A stretch of 64,000 nucleotides of DNA from Chiloscyllium plagiosum (taxonomy: Eukaryota). The stretch covers positions 88,791,405 through 88,855,404 of the forward strand of contig NC_057719.1 of NCBI RefSeq assembly GCF_004010195.1. The letters are read 5' to 3'. Position numbers and translations under genes: made by a program. Positions 13,040-26,835 of the stretch are shown here, in pieces. How positions within the stretch are numbered: position 1 is the first letter of the stretch; each line of letters starts with the position of its first letter. The notes under the pieces are model-generated. The model did no database searches. It was not told where the DNA came from and saw only the letters and a program-made list of their open reading frames with translations.

Positions 13040-14390
13040 CAGAGAAATTGAGAGAACCCTACATGAACATGATGCCAAATTAAACTAATCCCTTCTGCCT
13101 GCTCTTGGTCCATATGCCTCCATTTCTTGCATATTCATGTGCTTATGTAAAAGTCCCTTAAATGCCTCTTTCATGTCTGCCTACTACCCCTGTCTGCACC
13201 CCAGCATCATGTTCCAGACTCCTACCATACTGTGTAAAAACAACTTGCCCCTCACATCTTCTTTGAACTTTCCCCTTCTCATCTTAAATACATGCCCCTT
13301 AGTATAAGATATTTCAACTCTGGGAAAAATATTCCGACCATCCATCCTATCTATACATCTCATAATTTTATAGCCTTCTCAAGGTTTGCATAAACATTTG
13401 TAGCTCGGGTGCCAGTTGTTGTAATTCTGGGTATGGTCGCTGAGCTGGGAAGTTGATTTGCAGACATTTCATTCCCTGTCTAGGTAACATCTTCAGTGCT
13501 TTGGAGCCTCCTGTGAAGCGTTGCTGTACTGTATCTTCTGGAATTTATTTGGTTCCGTTCCTGCTTCTTCCAGTTGCTGATTCCAGTTGTTCATTCTATC
13601 AAGCCTTCTACCAAGTCTCCCATCAGCCTCAGCCACTCTAGAGAAAACAACCCGGGTTTACGAGCCTGTCCATATAGCTCATACTCTCTAATCCTGGCAG
13701 TATCCTGGTAAATCTCTTCTGCGCCTCTCCAAAACCTTCACACCCTTCCTGTAATGTGGTGTCCAGAGCTGAATGGAGCACTTTAAGTGTGGCCTAACCA
13801 ACGTCTTATAAAGCTACAACACCCTCACTCTTGTATTCAGTTCCCTGACCAATAAAGGCAAGCATGCCATATGCCTTCTTTACCACTCTAGCTAATTATG
13901 TGGCCACTTATGTGGCCTCTATGGACTTAGACCCCCAGATCCCGCTGTAATTCAATGCTGCTCAGGGTACTGCCATTAACTGTATGCTTTTGACAAGTGA
14001 TCTTCCAAAGTGCAGTACCTCACATGTGCCCAGATTAAAGACCATCTACTATTTCTCCACCTGTATCTGCAGCTGATCTATACCCCGCCGTATCCTTTGA
14101 CAAGCTTTTACACTATCCACAACTCCACAGATGTGTCTTGTCTGCAAATTTACTGACCCACCCTTCTACATTTTCATCAAAATCATTTACATAGATCACA
14201 AACAAGAGAGGTCAACATACCGATCCCTGTGGAACACCACTAGTCACGGACTTGCAGCCAGAAAAGCACACCTCCACCAGTACTCGCTGCTATCTATGGG
14301 CAAGCCAATTCTGAATCCATGCACCCAAGTCACCATGGATCCCATGCATCTTAGTCTTCTGAAAGAGCCTCCTATTAGGTACCTTGTAGA
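13040..14390 (-). mobile_element. CR1 RT/3' fragment with a Penelope insert at about 13395-13595 (-)
   Basis: CR1 3' motifs in reverse. The insert is the reverse complement of the 10790-10918 family and carries a hammerhead at 13460-13499. Confidence 0.8.
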
Positions 14391-16949
14391 AAATCACATT
14401 ATGGAACTGGAACTGAAGCTGGACCTGGATGAATTTCAGGTCATTCGGGAGGCGGAGGGGGTTAATGACAGGAGTTACAAGGAGGTAGTCACACTTCAGG
14501 TGTAAGAAAGAGGCAGATGGGTTACTGTCAGGGGACGGAAAGGGAACAGGCAGACAGTGCAGGGATCCCCTGTGGCCATTCCCCTCAGCAAGTATGCCAT
14601 TTTGGATGCTGTTGGGGGGAACTACTTACCAGGTATAAGCAATGGGGCACAGGTCTCTGGCACAGAGTCTGTCCTGTTGCTCAGGAGGGAAGGGGGAAGA
14701 GGAGCAGAGTATTAGTCATTGGGGACTCCATAGTTAGGGGGACAGATAGGAGGTTCTGTGGGAATGAGCGAGACTCACAGTTGGTGTGTTGCCTCTCAGG
14801 TGCCAGGGCTCGTGATATATCAGACTGTGTTTTTGGGATCCTTGAAGGGGAGGGGAAGCAACCCCAAGTCGTGGTCCACGTAGGCACTAATGACATAAGC
14901 AGAAATTCAGGGAGCTAGGGTGGAAGCTAAGAGCTAGGACAAACAGAGTTATTACCTCTGGTTTGTTACCCATGCCACATGCTAGTGAGGGGAAGAATAG
15001 GGAGAGAGAAGGGTTGAACACAAGGTTACAGGGGTGATACAGGAGGGAGGGTTTCGGATACCTGGATAATTGGGGCTCTTTCTAGGGTAGGTGGGACCTC
15101 TACAAACAGGATGGTTTACACCTGAAGCAGAGGGGTACCAATATCCCGGGAGTGCTCTTCGGGAGGGTTTAAACTAATCCAGCAGGGAGATGGGAACCCG
15201 AATTAGTCATTCCAGTGTCCAGGAGATCGAGAGTAGTGAGTTAAGAAATATAGTTTCACGATCACAAGAGTGCACTGGCAAGCAGGAAGGTGATTTGAAG
15301 TGTGTCTACGTCAGTGCCAGGAGCATCCGAAATAAGGTGGATGAACTTGGGTTGGTACCTGGGATTTCGGTGTTGTGGTCATTTCAGAGGCATAGATAGA
15401 GCAGGGACAGGAATGGTTGTTGCAGGTTCCAGGATTTAAATGTTTCAGTAACACAGAACACAGAAGATGGTGAAAGAGGGGGAGGTGTGACATTGTTACT
15501 CAAGGACAGTATTACGGTTGGAGAAAGGATGTTTGAGGACTTGTCTAGTGAGGTAGTATGGGCAGAGGTTAGAAACAGGAAAGGAGAGGTCACCTTGTTG
15601 GGAGTTTACTACAGGCCTCCGAATAGTTCTAGAGACATAGAGGAAAGGATTGCAAAGTTGATTCTGGATAGGAGCAAGAGTAACAGGGTAGTTGATATGG
15701 AGGACTTTAACTTTCCAAATATTGACTGGAAACACTATAGTTTGAGTACTTTAGATGGGTCAGTTTTTGTCCAATGTGTGCAGGAGGGTTTCCTCACACA
15801 GTATGGAGACAGGCCAACAAGGGGTGTGGCCACATTGGATTTGGTACTAGATAATGTACCTGGACTGGTCTTAATTTGGAGGTAAGTGAGCACTTTGGTG
15901 ATAGTGACCACAATTCAGTTATGTTTACTTTAATGATGGAAAGAGACAGGTATAAACCACAGGGCAAGAGTTATAACAGGGGGAAAGGCAATTATTATGC
16001 AATGAGGTAAGATTAAGGATGCATACGATGGGGAAGGAAACTGCATAGGCTGGGCACAATTGAAATGTGGACCTTATTCAATGACCAGCTACTGTCTGTC
16101 TTTGATAAGTATGCACCTGTCAGGCAGGGAGGAAGTGGTCGAGTAAGGGAGCCGTGCTTTACTAAGGGAGTTGAATGTCTTGTCAAGAGGAAGAAGGTGG
16201 CTGACGTTAGGATGAGACATGAAGACTCAGTTGGGTGCTTGAGAGTGACAAACCAGCCAGGAAAGATCTAAAGAGAGACTAAGAAGAGTAAGGAAGGTTC
16301 ATGAGAAGTTATTGGCGGATAAGATCAAGAAAAACCCTAAGGCTTTCTATAGGTATATCAGGAATACAAGAATGTCGAAAGTAAGATTAGGGCCAATCAA
16401 GGATAGAAGTAGGAAGTTGTGGGTGGACTCAGAGGAGATGAGGAGGTGTTAAATGAATATTTTTCGTCGGTATTAACACTGGAAAAAGACAATGTGGTCG
16501 AGGGGAATACTGAGATACAGGTTACTAGATGAGATGGGATTGAGGTTCACAAGGAGGTGGTGTTAGCCAAATGGGATTTATCCTAGGATTCTCTGGGAAG
16601 CCAGGGAGGAGATTGTAGTGTCTTGGACCTTGGTCTTTATGTCGTCACTGTGCCAAAAGACTGGAGGATAGCAAAGTTGTTCCCTTGTTCAGGAAGGGGA
16701 GTAAAGACAACCCTGGAAATTATAGACCAGTGAGCCTTACTTTGGTTGTGGGAAAAGTGTTGGAAAAGCTTATAAGAGATAGGACTTATAATAATCTAGA
16801 AATGAATAAGTTGATTAGGGAAGGATAGGCCATGCCTCACAAACCTTATTGAGTTCTTTGAGAAGGTGACCAAACAGGTGGATGAGGGTAAAGCCGTTGA
16901 TGTGGTGTATGTGAATTTTGGTAAGGCGTTTGATAAGGTTCCCTACGGT

Positions 16950-16983
16950 TTCCTGAAGAAGGGCCTGTGCCCGAAACGTCGAA
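16950..16983 (+). ncRNA. Minimal type I hammerhead ribozyme motif
   Basis: ttc-CTGAAGA-a-gggc(ctgt)gccc-GAAAC-GTC-gaa: full catalytic consensus, with a loopless ACGT palindromic stem III. Confidence 0.8.
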
Positions 16984-17077
16984 TCTCCTGTTCCCTGGAT
17001 GCTGCCTGACCTGCTGTGCTGTTCCAGCAATAAAGTTTCAACTTTGATCTCCAGCATCTGCAGACCTCACTTTCTCC
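16950..17077 (+). mobile_element. Short (128 bp) Penelope terminal-repeat insert beginning at an intact hammerhead
   Basis: 10-bp TSD tccctacggt at 16940-16949 and 17078-17087, inside a CR1 RT. Confidence 0.85.
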
Positions 17078-18103
17078 TCCCTACGGTAGGCTATTGAACA
17101 AAATACAGAGGCATGGGATTGAGGGTGATTTAGCGGTTTGGATCAGAAATTGGCTAGCTGAAAGAAGACAGAGGGTGGTGTTTGATGGGAAATGTTTATT
17201 TTGGAGTTCAGTTACTAGTGATGTACTGCAAGGTTTGGGGCCATTTCTGTTTGTCATTTTTATAAATTACCTGGATGGGGGTGCACAGGGTAGGGTTAGT
17301 AAATTTAGGCGGATGACACTAAGGTTGGTAGAGTTGTGGATAGTGATGAAGGATATATGTCACCTTTTCAACATTTGCTATCCTCCAGTCTCGCTCCTAT
17401 CAAGGATCATCTTTGCTACCCTAGCCTCTACATCACTGGAACTATTTGGATGCCTATAGAAAGTTCCTTTCCTGTTTCTAATCCCAGCCCATACTATCTC
17501 AATGGACGAGTCCTTAAACGCCCTTTCTGCAACTGTAATACTGTCCTTGATTATCAATGTCACACCTCCACCCCTTATCATTTTCTCTGTTCTTACTGAA
17601 ACATCTAAATCGCAGAATCTGCAATAACCATTCGTGTCCCTGCTTTACCCATGTCTCTGAAATGACCACAACATCGAAATCCCAGGTACCAACCTATGCT
17701 GCAATTCACCCACCTTAAACCCCGATTCTCCTGGCATTGAAGTAGACACACTTCAAACCAATGTTCTGCTTGCTGGTGCCTTCTTGCAACCTTGAAACCT
17801 TAATTCTAACCTCACTGCTCTCAACCTCCTGCATACTCAAAATACAATTTCGGTTCCCATCCCATTAACTAGGATGTTGCCTGGTATGGAGGGAACATCT
17901 TATGAAGAAAGGCTGAGGGATTTGAGTCTTTTTTAATTGCAGAGAAGAAGGTGACTTAATTGAGACAGAAAAGATAATCAGAGGGTTATATAGGGTGGAT
18001 ACTGAGAGCCTTTTTCCTCAGATTGGGTACACTGGTCAATTTGGAGTGCGAGAGTTTTCTTTTAATAAAGGGGTCCAAAAAAATAGCATTAGTTAATTCC
18101 TAC

Positions 18104-18244
18104 CTTTGCTTTGCTTTCCTCCACAACAAATTTACGAAGTCTTTGTCCTCTTCCTACAGAAAATCTTTGACCTGCATCTGCTTCACTCCCTCTAAGACTG
18201 CTTGTTGGTCCAAATGTCCGTTTCTCACTGACCACCCTCTTTTC
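18104..18244 (-). CDS. CCDC9B: CCDC9/CCDC9B-family gene, coding exon (141 nt, EKRVVSEKRTFGPTSSLRGSEADAGQRFSVGRGQRLRKFVVEESKAK)
   Basis: tttacAG|GAAAAG...GCAAAG|GTagga. Only the phase-0 frame is open. It starts EKRVVS, the motif recalled to follow the LTVTI segment in CCDC9B. Implies an intron of about 15.3 kb. Confidence 0.8.
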
Positions 18245-19423
18245 CTGTAAATGTGAAGTGGTACAAATAAATCAGACCACAGCAGCAACAACAAATAACC
18301 TTATACACATACATTCCCCATCTTGCAAGAACAGGTAAAAGGCAGCGAATATTTAGCTTTTCCTTAACAAACAGCTCAATGTAATTTTATTAATATATCA
18401 ACAAGATATGCATAAAAGATGAAGGTAGCACAAAAATAATTGAATCATACAAATAAGCTGCTCTTATACATACTTTAATTTTGCTGGTCAGGCATATTTA
18501 AACTTCTATGATTTTAACAATTTTAAAAAATTTATATATTCTTCTCTCCTTAAACAGCCTATCTTCAAATATCTTACCGATTCCATTATGGTTAGAGTAA
18601 CTCTGGCAAAGATTGCTCTTCCTTACCCCACTATCAATCTTTTTGTACCCTAGCAATACATCCTTCACCTTCTTTAATGCTGGTGCACATGATTTACCAT
18701 GGCAACAACATTTAAAGTTGCATGTATGCTGAATACCTCCGACTTGAACTCCTCATCACAGCTCGTAAGCTATCTGTTGTCTTTTTGTCAAATCTCCCAT
18801 TTAACATGCAGTGTTGAATGAGTCAGAAATTCTTCCAGTTATTGGTTGCAAAGAATTAGGATTTCATCTTTTGGCCATTTCATAAACCCTTGCCCATTAT
18901 CTGTAGCTTCACTAGACTACCTGGTAACAGAATACACCATCCAAATTCAGCATATGCTTAGGTTATCGTGCCTAAAATTGCTCTCTAACATAAATAAATG
19001 AGCAATCTTGAAGAAGAGCAGAAATTATAAAATCTTTGTTCCACCCAATACAGAAAATTTCACCGCATTAGTTTTTTAACTATTTACAATGAAAGAAAAA
19101 TGCTAGAAAAACAGATAACGTGGTAGTTTTAATTATCCTAATATAAGACTAGAAAATAATGTCTAAAGGAAAAGGGGTGGAGAGAATGTTTAAAACATTT
19201 ACAAAGGTGGATAATTTCAAATGGCACCGGAAATGTTGGTGAGAATACACGCTCACTCCTGACACTTTTCCTGCAGCTAACTGGACAAAGGATGGACTTT
19301 AGTCCTTTCTGGACAGGAGGGTACACTTCAGAGAGTTGTTAATCAATCAAATCGGCCAGTAGTTCTTTAGCTCAGAGGGTCCAGTGGGAACAGTGGTCAC
19401 TACTGGAACTACACTGAGTACCA

Positions 19424-19630
19424 CACTAAACACTATATAGGACAAACAGGAAGACAGCTAACGATCCGCATCCATGAACACCAACTAGCCACGAAACGAC
19501 ACGACCAGCTATCCTTAGTAGCCACACACACAGACAACAAGCAACATGAATTCGACTGGGACAACATAGCCAGGGGACGAAACGTTTGCAACAAAAACTT
19601 CCAGCTCGGCGAACAGAACCACAACAGCAA
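19424..19630 (+). mobile_element. Penelope fragment with an internal deletion
   Basis: HYIGQTGRQLTIRIHEH region joined directly to ggggacgaaacg...cagaaccacaaca. Confidence 0.8.
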
Positions 19631-19997
19631 AATTTAGTGTGGTGAAAATTGGCTTTTGGTGTAGTGCGAGGTAATAAGGAACATGGACGTCTTTTGGGGG
19701 TGGAGGGGTGTGTTCACAGCAATCAGACGATGTCCATAATGAGCTGCACGTCCTGCCAAAATTTTCTGTTGTCTATATGCAAAGTGCTACTAGAAAATGG
19801 CAGGGACAATGACCAGAGTGGGCAAACCAAGTGTAGTCACTCCAATGTACAAAAACATGGGATACATTCTTGCTGAAGGTTCAAACATTGCAGAACTGTA
19901 CATAAAGCAGCCATTTGCAAACCTTAACTACACATATAATCATTTCATCACCCATTTGGTGTGTATGCCAGTGGTCATTACAATTTGGAGGGTTGGA

Positions 19998-20485
19998 ATA
20001 TAAAGCTCTAGTGAGGCCCGACTTCGAATATTGTGTCCAAGTTAGGCCCCACTGACACTGGAGCATGTCTAATGGTTATTCACACGGATGATGCCTGGAA
20101 TGGTAGACTTAACATATGATGAACGCTGAGGATCTCGGGATTGTATTAATTAGAGTTTAGAAGGTTGAGGGGAGATCTAATAGAAACTTACAAGATAATG
20201 CAAGGCTTAGAAAGGGTGGATGCTGGGAAGTTGTTTCCATTAGGCGGAGAGACTAGGACCCGTGGGCACAGCCTTAGAGGGGGTCAATTTAGAACGGAAA
20301 TGAGGAGACATTTCTTCAGCCACAGAGTGGTGGGCCTGTGGTATTCATTGCCATGGAACGCAGAGGAGGCCGGAACGTTAAATCTCTTCAAGGCAGAGAT
20401 TGATAAATTCTTGATCTCAAAAGGAACTAAGGACTATGGGGAGAGTGCGGCTAAGTGGAGTTGAAATGCCCATCAGTCATGATTA
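19998..20485 (+). mobile_element. CR1 3' fragment
   Basis: RGDLIETYKIM...TRGHS...RRHFFSHRVV. Confidence 0.85.
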
Positions 20486-21298
20486 AAAGGCAACACACAC
20501 AAAAGAAGTTGCATCAAGACATTGTTCAAAAGAGCCACAACACACTGCAGTACACCAGAACTGCAAAAAGAGGAAGAAGAACACCTATACAATGTATTCA
20601 CCAAAAACAGATACCCGCACAATTTCATCAACAGATGCCGAAGGGAAAGACAATGGAACGAGGACATGCTGCAACCCAAAGGACTAGCCACACTACCATA
20701 CATCAAGAGCATTTCCAAACTGACAGCGAGACTACTGCGACCACTAGGACTCATAACAGCACACAAACCAACAGCCACTCTCAGACAACAACTCAGCAGA
20801 ACGAAGGACCCGATACCCAGCATGAGCAAAACCAATGTAGTGTACAAAATCCCATGCAAGTACTGCACAAAACACTACATAGGACAAACAGGAAGACAGC
20901 TAACGATCCGCATCCATGAACACCAACGAGCCACAAAACGACACGACCTGCTATCCTGAGTAGCCACACACGCAAATGACAAGCAACATGAGTTTGACTG
21001 GGACAACACTACTATTATAGGACAAGCCAAACAGAGAACAGCCAGGGAATTCCTAGAGGCATGGCACTCAACCACAGATTCAATCAATAAGCACATCGAC
21101 CTGGACCCAATATACCAACCACTGCAACGGACAGCTGGAACTGACAACCGGAAGCGGCAGAGACAAACCACTATAAATGCCGGAGGAAACATCACAGAAG
21201 CGCTTCACAGGAGGCTCCCAAGCACTGAGGTTGTCACCTAGACAGGGGACGAAACGTCTGCAACACAAATTCCCAGCTCAGCAAACAGAACTACAACA
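20486..21298 (+). mobile_element. Penelope-like element, GIY-YIG endonuclease region and 3' repeat
   Basis: NVVYKIPCKYCTKHYIGQTGRQLTIRIHEH. Hammerhead-like motif at about 21222-21261. Confidence 0.92.
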
Positions 21299-23300
21299 TT
21301 CTTCTCAAAGTGCACCACCTCACATTTAGCTGCATTGAACTCCATTTGCCACCTCTCAGCCCAATTCTGCAATTTATCCAAGTCCCCTGCAACCTGTAAC
21401 ATTCTTCCACACTGTCCACTACTCTACTGACTTTAATGTTGTCTGCAAATTTACTATGCCTACGTCTAAGTCATTTATAAAAATGACAAACAGCAGTGGT
21501 CCCAAAACAGATCCTTATGGCACACCACTAGTAACTGGACTCCAGACTGAATATTTTCCATCAACAACCACTCGCTGCCTTCTTTCAGAAAGCCAGTTTC
21601 TAATCCAAACTGCAAAATCACCCTCAATTCCATGCCTCTGCATTTTCCCCATCAGCCTACCATGTGGAACCTTATCAAAGGCTTTACTGAAGTACATGTA
21701 TACCATGTCAACTGTCCTACCCTCATCTACATGCTTGGTCACCTTCTCAAAAAAACTCAATGACGTTTGTGAGACACGACCTGCCCTTGACGAAACCATG
21801 TTGACTATCTGAAATCAAATTGTTCCTTGTTAGATGATTATAAATCGTATCTCTTATAATCCTTTCCAAAACCTTTCCTATAACAGAAGTAAGGCTTATA
21901 ATTACCTGGGTCATCTCTGCTGTCATTCTTGAACAAGGGCACAACATTTGCAATCCTCCAGTCCTCAGGTACTAAACCTGTAGACAATGATGACTGGAAT
22001 ATCAAAGCCAAAGGCTCTGCTATATCCTCCTTAGCTTCCAAGGGAATCCTTGGATAAATACCATCCGGCCCAGGGGACTTGTCTACTTTCATTCCTTCTA
22101 GAATTGATAACACCTGTGCGTAACTAACTTCGATCCTTTCTAATCTAATATCTCATATCTCAATCTTCTCCTCTACAATATTCTCCTTTACCTGAGTGAA
22201 CACCTCTCCGATGTCTATAGGATCCACACTCAACTTCCCACTTCTGTCTTTGACTGGCCCTATTCCTACCCTAATCATCCTTTTATTCCTCACATACCTT
22301 TAGAAAGCTTTAGGGTTCTCCTTTATTCTATTTGCTAAAGACTGCTCGTGTCCTCTCTTTGCTCTTCTTAACTCTCTTTTTAAATCCATCCTAGCTGATC
22401 TGTAACTCTCCATCGCCTCATCTGTACCATCTTGCCTCATCAATACATAAGCCTCCTTCTTCTTAACAAGAGATGCAATTTCTGTAGTAAACCACAGTTC
22501 CCTTACCTTATCACTTCCTCCCTGCCTGACAGGGACATACCTATCAAGGACACGCAATATCTGTTCCTTAAACCAGCTCCACATTTCGACTGTCTGCAAC
22601 CCCTGCATTTTGCTACCCCATTCTATGCATCCTAATTCTTGCCTAATCGCATTATAATTGCCCTTGCCCCATCAATAACTCTTGACCTGTGGCATCTCTT
22701 TCCCTCGCTAAACTAAATGTAACTAAATTATGGTCACTCTCTCAAAAGTGCTCACCTACAACTAAATCAAACACCTGGCCTAGTTCATTACCAAGCACCA
22801 GATCCAGTGTGGCCTCACCTCTTGTTGGCCCTTTGACATACTGTGTCAGGAAAACCTCCCGTACACATTGGACAAAAACTGATCCATCTGACATACTACA
22901 GCTATAACATTTCCAGTCAATGCTGGGGAAGTTAAAGTCCCCCATAATGGCCACCCTGTTCCTTTCACTCCTACTCAGAATAATTTTGCTAATTCTCTCT
23001 TCCACCTCCCTGGAACTCTGCGGAGGCCTATAAAAAATCTCCAAGCAGTGTGACCTCTCTCCTGTTTATAACCTCAGCCCACACTACCTCAGTAAACGAG
23101 TCCTCATCAAAACCTCTCTCATCCACCGTTATACTATCTTTGACTACGCCTCCCCCTCTTTTACCGCCTTGCCTGTTTTTAATGAAAGATCTATATCCTG
23201 GAACCTGCAACATCCACTCCTCACCCTGCTCTAATCCATGTCTCCGAAATGGCCACAACATCGAAGTCCCAAGTAACTATCCATGCTGCAAGCATGTCGC
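21299..23300 (-). mobile_element. CR1 ORF2 (APE to RT), decayed
   Basis: FYRPP, GDFNFP, LDLVL, KENPKAF, KSPGPDG, FSKAFDKVPH. Confidence 0.92.
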
Positions 23301-23755
23301 AGTAAAAGGCATGTTGCAGTTGATAATAAACTGTACCAATGCGCAGTACATGAATGATGGAGAACACAGGGCTTAACGAGAGGTATGAACTGAAGCAAAT
23401 CTGCATTAGTAAAGAAAGGATATTGTGGAAATTGATAGATTAAAGGCTGATAAATTCCCAGGACTTAATAATCCACATCTCAGAGTATTTAAGGAAATGT
23501 ACTTCGATACGTTGGTGGTCATTTTCAAGATTTTTTAGACTCGAACAATTTTTACAAATTGGAGGTTAGCTAATATATCCACACAATTTAAAAAGGAGAT
23601 AGAAACTCGATTTACGGAGAAGTGAGCATGACATTAATAGCAGGGAAGATGCTGGAGTCCATTATCAAGGACTTTACAGCAGCGCACTTACAAAACAGTG
23701 GTAGAATCAGACACAGTGTGCATAGATTCACAAAGGGGAAATTGTGCCTGACAAA

Positions 23756-24073
23756 GTGGGTGGTACGGTGGCACAGTGGTTAGCACTGCTGCCTCACAGC
23801 GCCAGAGACCTGGGTTCAATTCCTACCTCAGGCGACTGACTGTGTGGAGTTTGCACGTTCTCCCCGTGTCTGCATGGGTTTCCTCCGGATGCTCTGGTTT
23901 CCTCCCACAGTCTAAAGATGTGCAGGTCAGGTGAATTGGCCATGCTAAATTGCCCGTAGTGTTGGGTAAGGGGTAGATGTAGGGGTATGGGTGGGTTGCG
24001 CTTCGGCGGGGCGGTGTGGACTTGTTGGGCCGAAGGGCCTGTTTCCATACTGTAAGTAATCTAATCTAATCTA
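23756..24073 (+). mobile_element. HE1-type V-SINE, full length
   Basis: tRNA head with A box (tggcacagtgg) and B box (ggttcaattcc), V-domain gtgtggagtttgcacgttctccccgtg, and an (AATCT)n tail. Confidence 0.92.
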
Positions 24074-24125
24074 AATCAACTGGAAATCGTCAAGATAAAG
24101 GGAGCTAGTAGATGTGATTTATTAG

Positions 24126-25437
24126 TGTTATGAAGTTGTAGACGTAGACTGTACTTTTAAGGGAGCTGAAATTTCTGGCTGGCACAAAGTGTACTGAAAG
24201 AATTTAAAATGTAACATTCGACCATGAAACCAATGGTGCAAGAGTTGCAATGATATAAAACACATTCAAACTCGTTCAATCAGTTTTTAAAATGCTCCCA
24301 TATACCAAAATCCAATCAAATTTGAATTTAGTACTTTGACAATAAATCAATGAAACGATCCAATGTTTTGGGGTATAAACCGAGACATTTTGAACAGTTA
24401 GGGGGAGAACTGCCAATAAAATCAACAACTACAGACTGCTAGCTGGATAGCTCTCTGAAAGGTACCTGTTCATATGAAAGACCTGTGAAGCAGAATACTA
24501 AAGAAAAGATGACAGAGGAAAATCTAGAGTCAGGTTTTAGAGATGCATAGCATGGAAACAGACCCTTCGGTCCAACTTGTCCATGCTGACCAGGTATCCC
24601 AACCCAATCTAGTCCCACCTGCCAGCACCTAGTCCATATCCCTTCAAACCCTTCTTATTCATATACCCATCCAGATGCCTTTTAAATATTGCAATTGTAC
24701 TAGCCTCCACCACTTCCTCTGGCAGCTCATTCCATACACATACTACCCTCTGCGTGAAAAAGTTGCCCCTTAGGTCTCTTTCATATCTTTCCCCTCTCAC
24801 CCTAAAGCTATGCCCTCTACTTCTGGATTCCCCTGCCCCATGGAAAAGACTGTCTATTAATCCTATCCATGCCCCTCATGATTTCAGAAACCTCTATAAG
24901 GTCACCCCTCAGCCTCCGACGCTCCAGGAAAAACAGCCCCAGCCTATTCAAGCTCTCCCTATAATTCAAATCCTCCAACCCTGGCAACACCTTCTAAATC
25001 TTTTCTGAACCCTTTCAAGTTTCACAACATCTTTCCAATAGGAAGGAGACCAGAAATGCACGCAATATTCCAACAGTGGCCTAACCAAAGTCCTGTACAG
25101 CTGCAACATGACCTCCCAACTCCTGTACTCAAAGATTCGACAGCTGGCTGGTTTTGAAATTTGAATTTTTTTTTGAAAATCTTAATCAGGGTTTTTAATC
25201 GGATCAGTATTGCAGAGTGGGGAGGTAAGAAATAGTTTTAAGAGAAAGGAGTTGTAAACAGTTGTTGGTTTTAATATTCTCTGTTGGACTTGAAGAATAA
25301 AATAGCTAATTTTTACTTTAAATACCGACCTCTGGGATGGTGCTTTGCCTCTTGAAATTTAACAGATTATAGCATGAGATGAGCTTCTCAGTGTGTCAGG
25401 TTTAAATTAGCAGAGGGGTTTACCCAGTGTTGTAACA
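24126..25437. mobile_element. Probable solo LTR, itself interrupted by a CR1 3' fragment (about 24527-25132, -)
   Basis: tgttat...gtaaca inverted termini and an internal AATAAA. The host CR1 reads through (gatgtgatttattag | ctggattttcagaag). Confidence 0.6.
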
Positions 25438-25882
25438 CTGGATTTTCAGAAGATTTCCGACAATGTCCCACATAGTGATTAATACGTAAAATTAAAGTGT
25501 GTGGTATTGAGGGTACTAAGTTGAGATGGATAGAAAATTGGTTAGCAGACAGGAAACAAGGTAAGAAAACGTTGTCTTTTTCTGAATGGCAGGCAGTGAC
25601 TAGTTGGGTCCTGCAGAGTTTGGTACTCCGACTCCAGCTATTCACAATGGTATATATAGTAAAAATTTAGTCAAGTAAACTAAACATAATACCACAAAAT
25701 GTGCAGATGACACAAAGCGGGGTGGAAAGGTGAGCTGTGAGGAGGATGCAGGTCAGCTGAATAGGTAAATGCTTGGCTGATGAATATGGATGAATGTAGG
25801 TTATCCATTTTGGTAGAAAAAACAGGAAATAAGATTATGATGGGAATGACTGTCAATTGACAGAGGGGAATATTCAATATTG

Positions 25883-26012
25883 GGAGAAAGTGATGACTGC
25901 AGATGCTGGAGGTCAGAGCTGAAAAATGTGTTGCTGGAAAAGCGCAGCAGATCAGGCAACATCCAAGGAGCAGCAGAATCGACGTTTTGGGCATAAGCCC
26001 TTCTTCAGGATT
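25883..26012 (-). mobile_element. Short Penelope terminal-repeat insert with a hammerhead motif
   Basis: Same family as 16950-17077 and 31914-32046. Core CTGAAGA..GGGCTTATGCCC-AAAACGTC has G12 changed to A. Confidence 0.8.
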
Positions 26013-26835
26013 GAGGAAGGTGTGCCAAGCAGGCTAAGTTTTGGTCTTTTTTATCTGAGAAAGGATGTCCGGGCAATAGAGGCATGGCAGTGAAGGTTTA
26101 TCAGATTGATTCTTGGGATGGCAAGACTAACGTATGAGGAGAGATTAAATTAGTTAGGATTATATTCACCAGAGTTTAAAAGAACAAGGGATGATCTTAT
26201 AGAAACTTATAAAATTCTAGCAGGTTAGATGCAGGAAGGATGTTCCTAATGATCAGGGTGTCCAGATACAGGAATAATAATTTAAGGATAAGGGGTAAAC
26301 CTTTCAGGACTGAGATGAGGAGAAATCTTTTCACCCAGAGACTAGAGAACTTGTGGAATTCACCACCTGAAAAAGTGGTTGAGGCCAAAACATTCAAGAA
26401 GCAGGCAGATAATAGCGGTTGTGGCCAAAGAGATTATAGGACCTGGTGAGAGGATGACGTTAGGGTACGGACTTCGATAATCAAACATGATTATAATGAA
26501 TGCAAGAGTGGGCTTGAGGGGTTGAATGGCACACACCTGCCCCAATCTTCTACATTTACGGTAAATACTCCATGATAGATCTTGCAAATCGGCTTGGCTG
26601 TTTACTCAGCACGTCTAACATCAACAATAACATAAAACCCTTTTTTGTTTCAAAAAAAGGTCGATCTCTTCAGAGATATCATCACTCACTTCTCATGCTG
26701 AAATGCTTGGAAAGAATGGACGAGAAAATGTTTCCACTAGTAGGAGAGACTAGGAACCAAGGGAACACAGTGAAGGGAGGAAGACCATTTAGAATTGAGA
26801 GGAGGAGGAATGTCGTTAACCAAAGGATGGTTAAT

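Larger units (their letters stand above)
14390..18022 (+). mobile_element. Near full-length decayed CR1 (ORF1 zipper and SGNH, APE, RT) with an inverted block at 17358-17865
   Basis: ELELKLDL..IREAEG, VIGDSIVRG, VHVGTND, GVYYRPPNS, EDFNFPNIDW, LDLVL and RT motifs. Confidence 0.9.
23330..26560 (+). mobile_element. Old CR1 RT/3' region hosting an HE1 SINE, a solo LTR and a Penelope insert
   Basis: Degenerate RT motifs continue across the inserts. 3' GKPFRTEMRRNLFTQR. Confidence 0.75.

Noticed and set aside
18578..18990. Possible extra host-gene exon ending at GTAAG donors (18577 or 18626)
   Set aside because: All frames contain stops, there is no family similarity, and the 33502 and 18244 exons already join in frame.
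19630..19995. Possible exon or transposase remnant
   Set aside because: No recognisable motif, and stops in all minus-strand frames.
23756..23835. tRNA gene-like A and B boxes
   Set aside because: This is the head of an HE1 SINE, not a tRNA gene.
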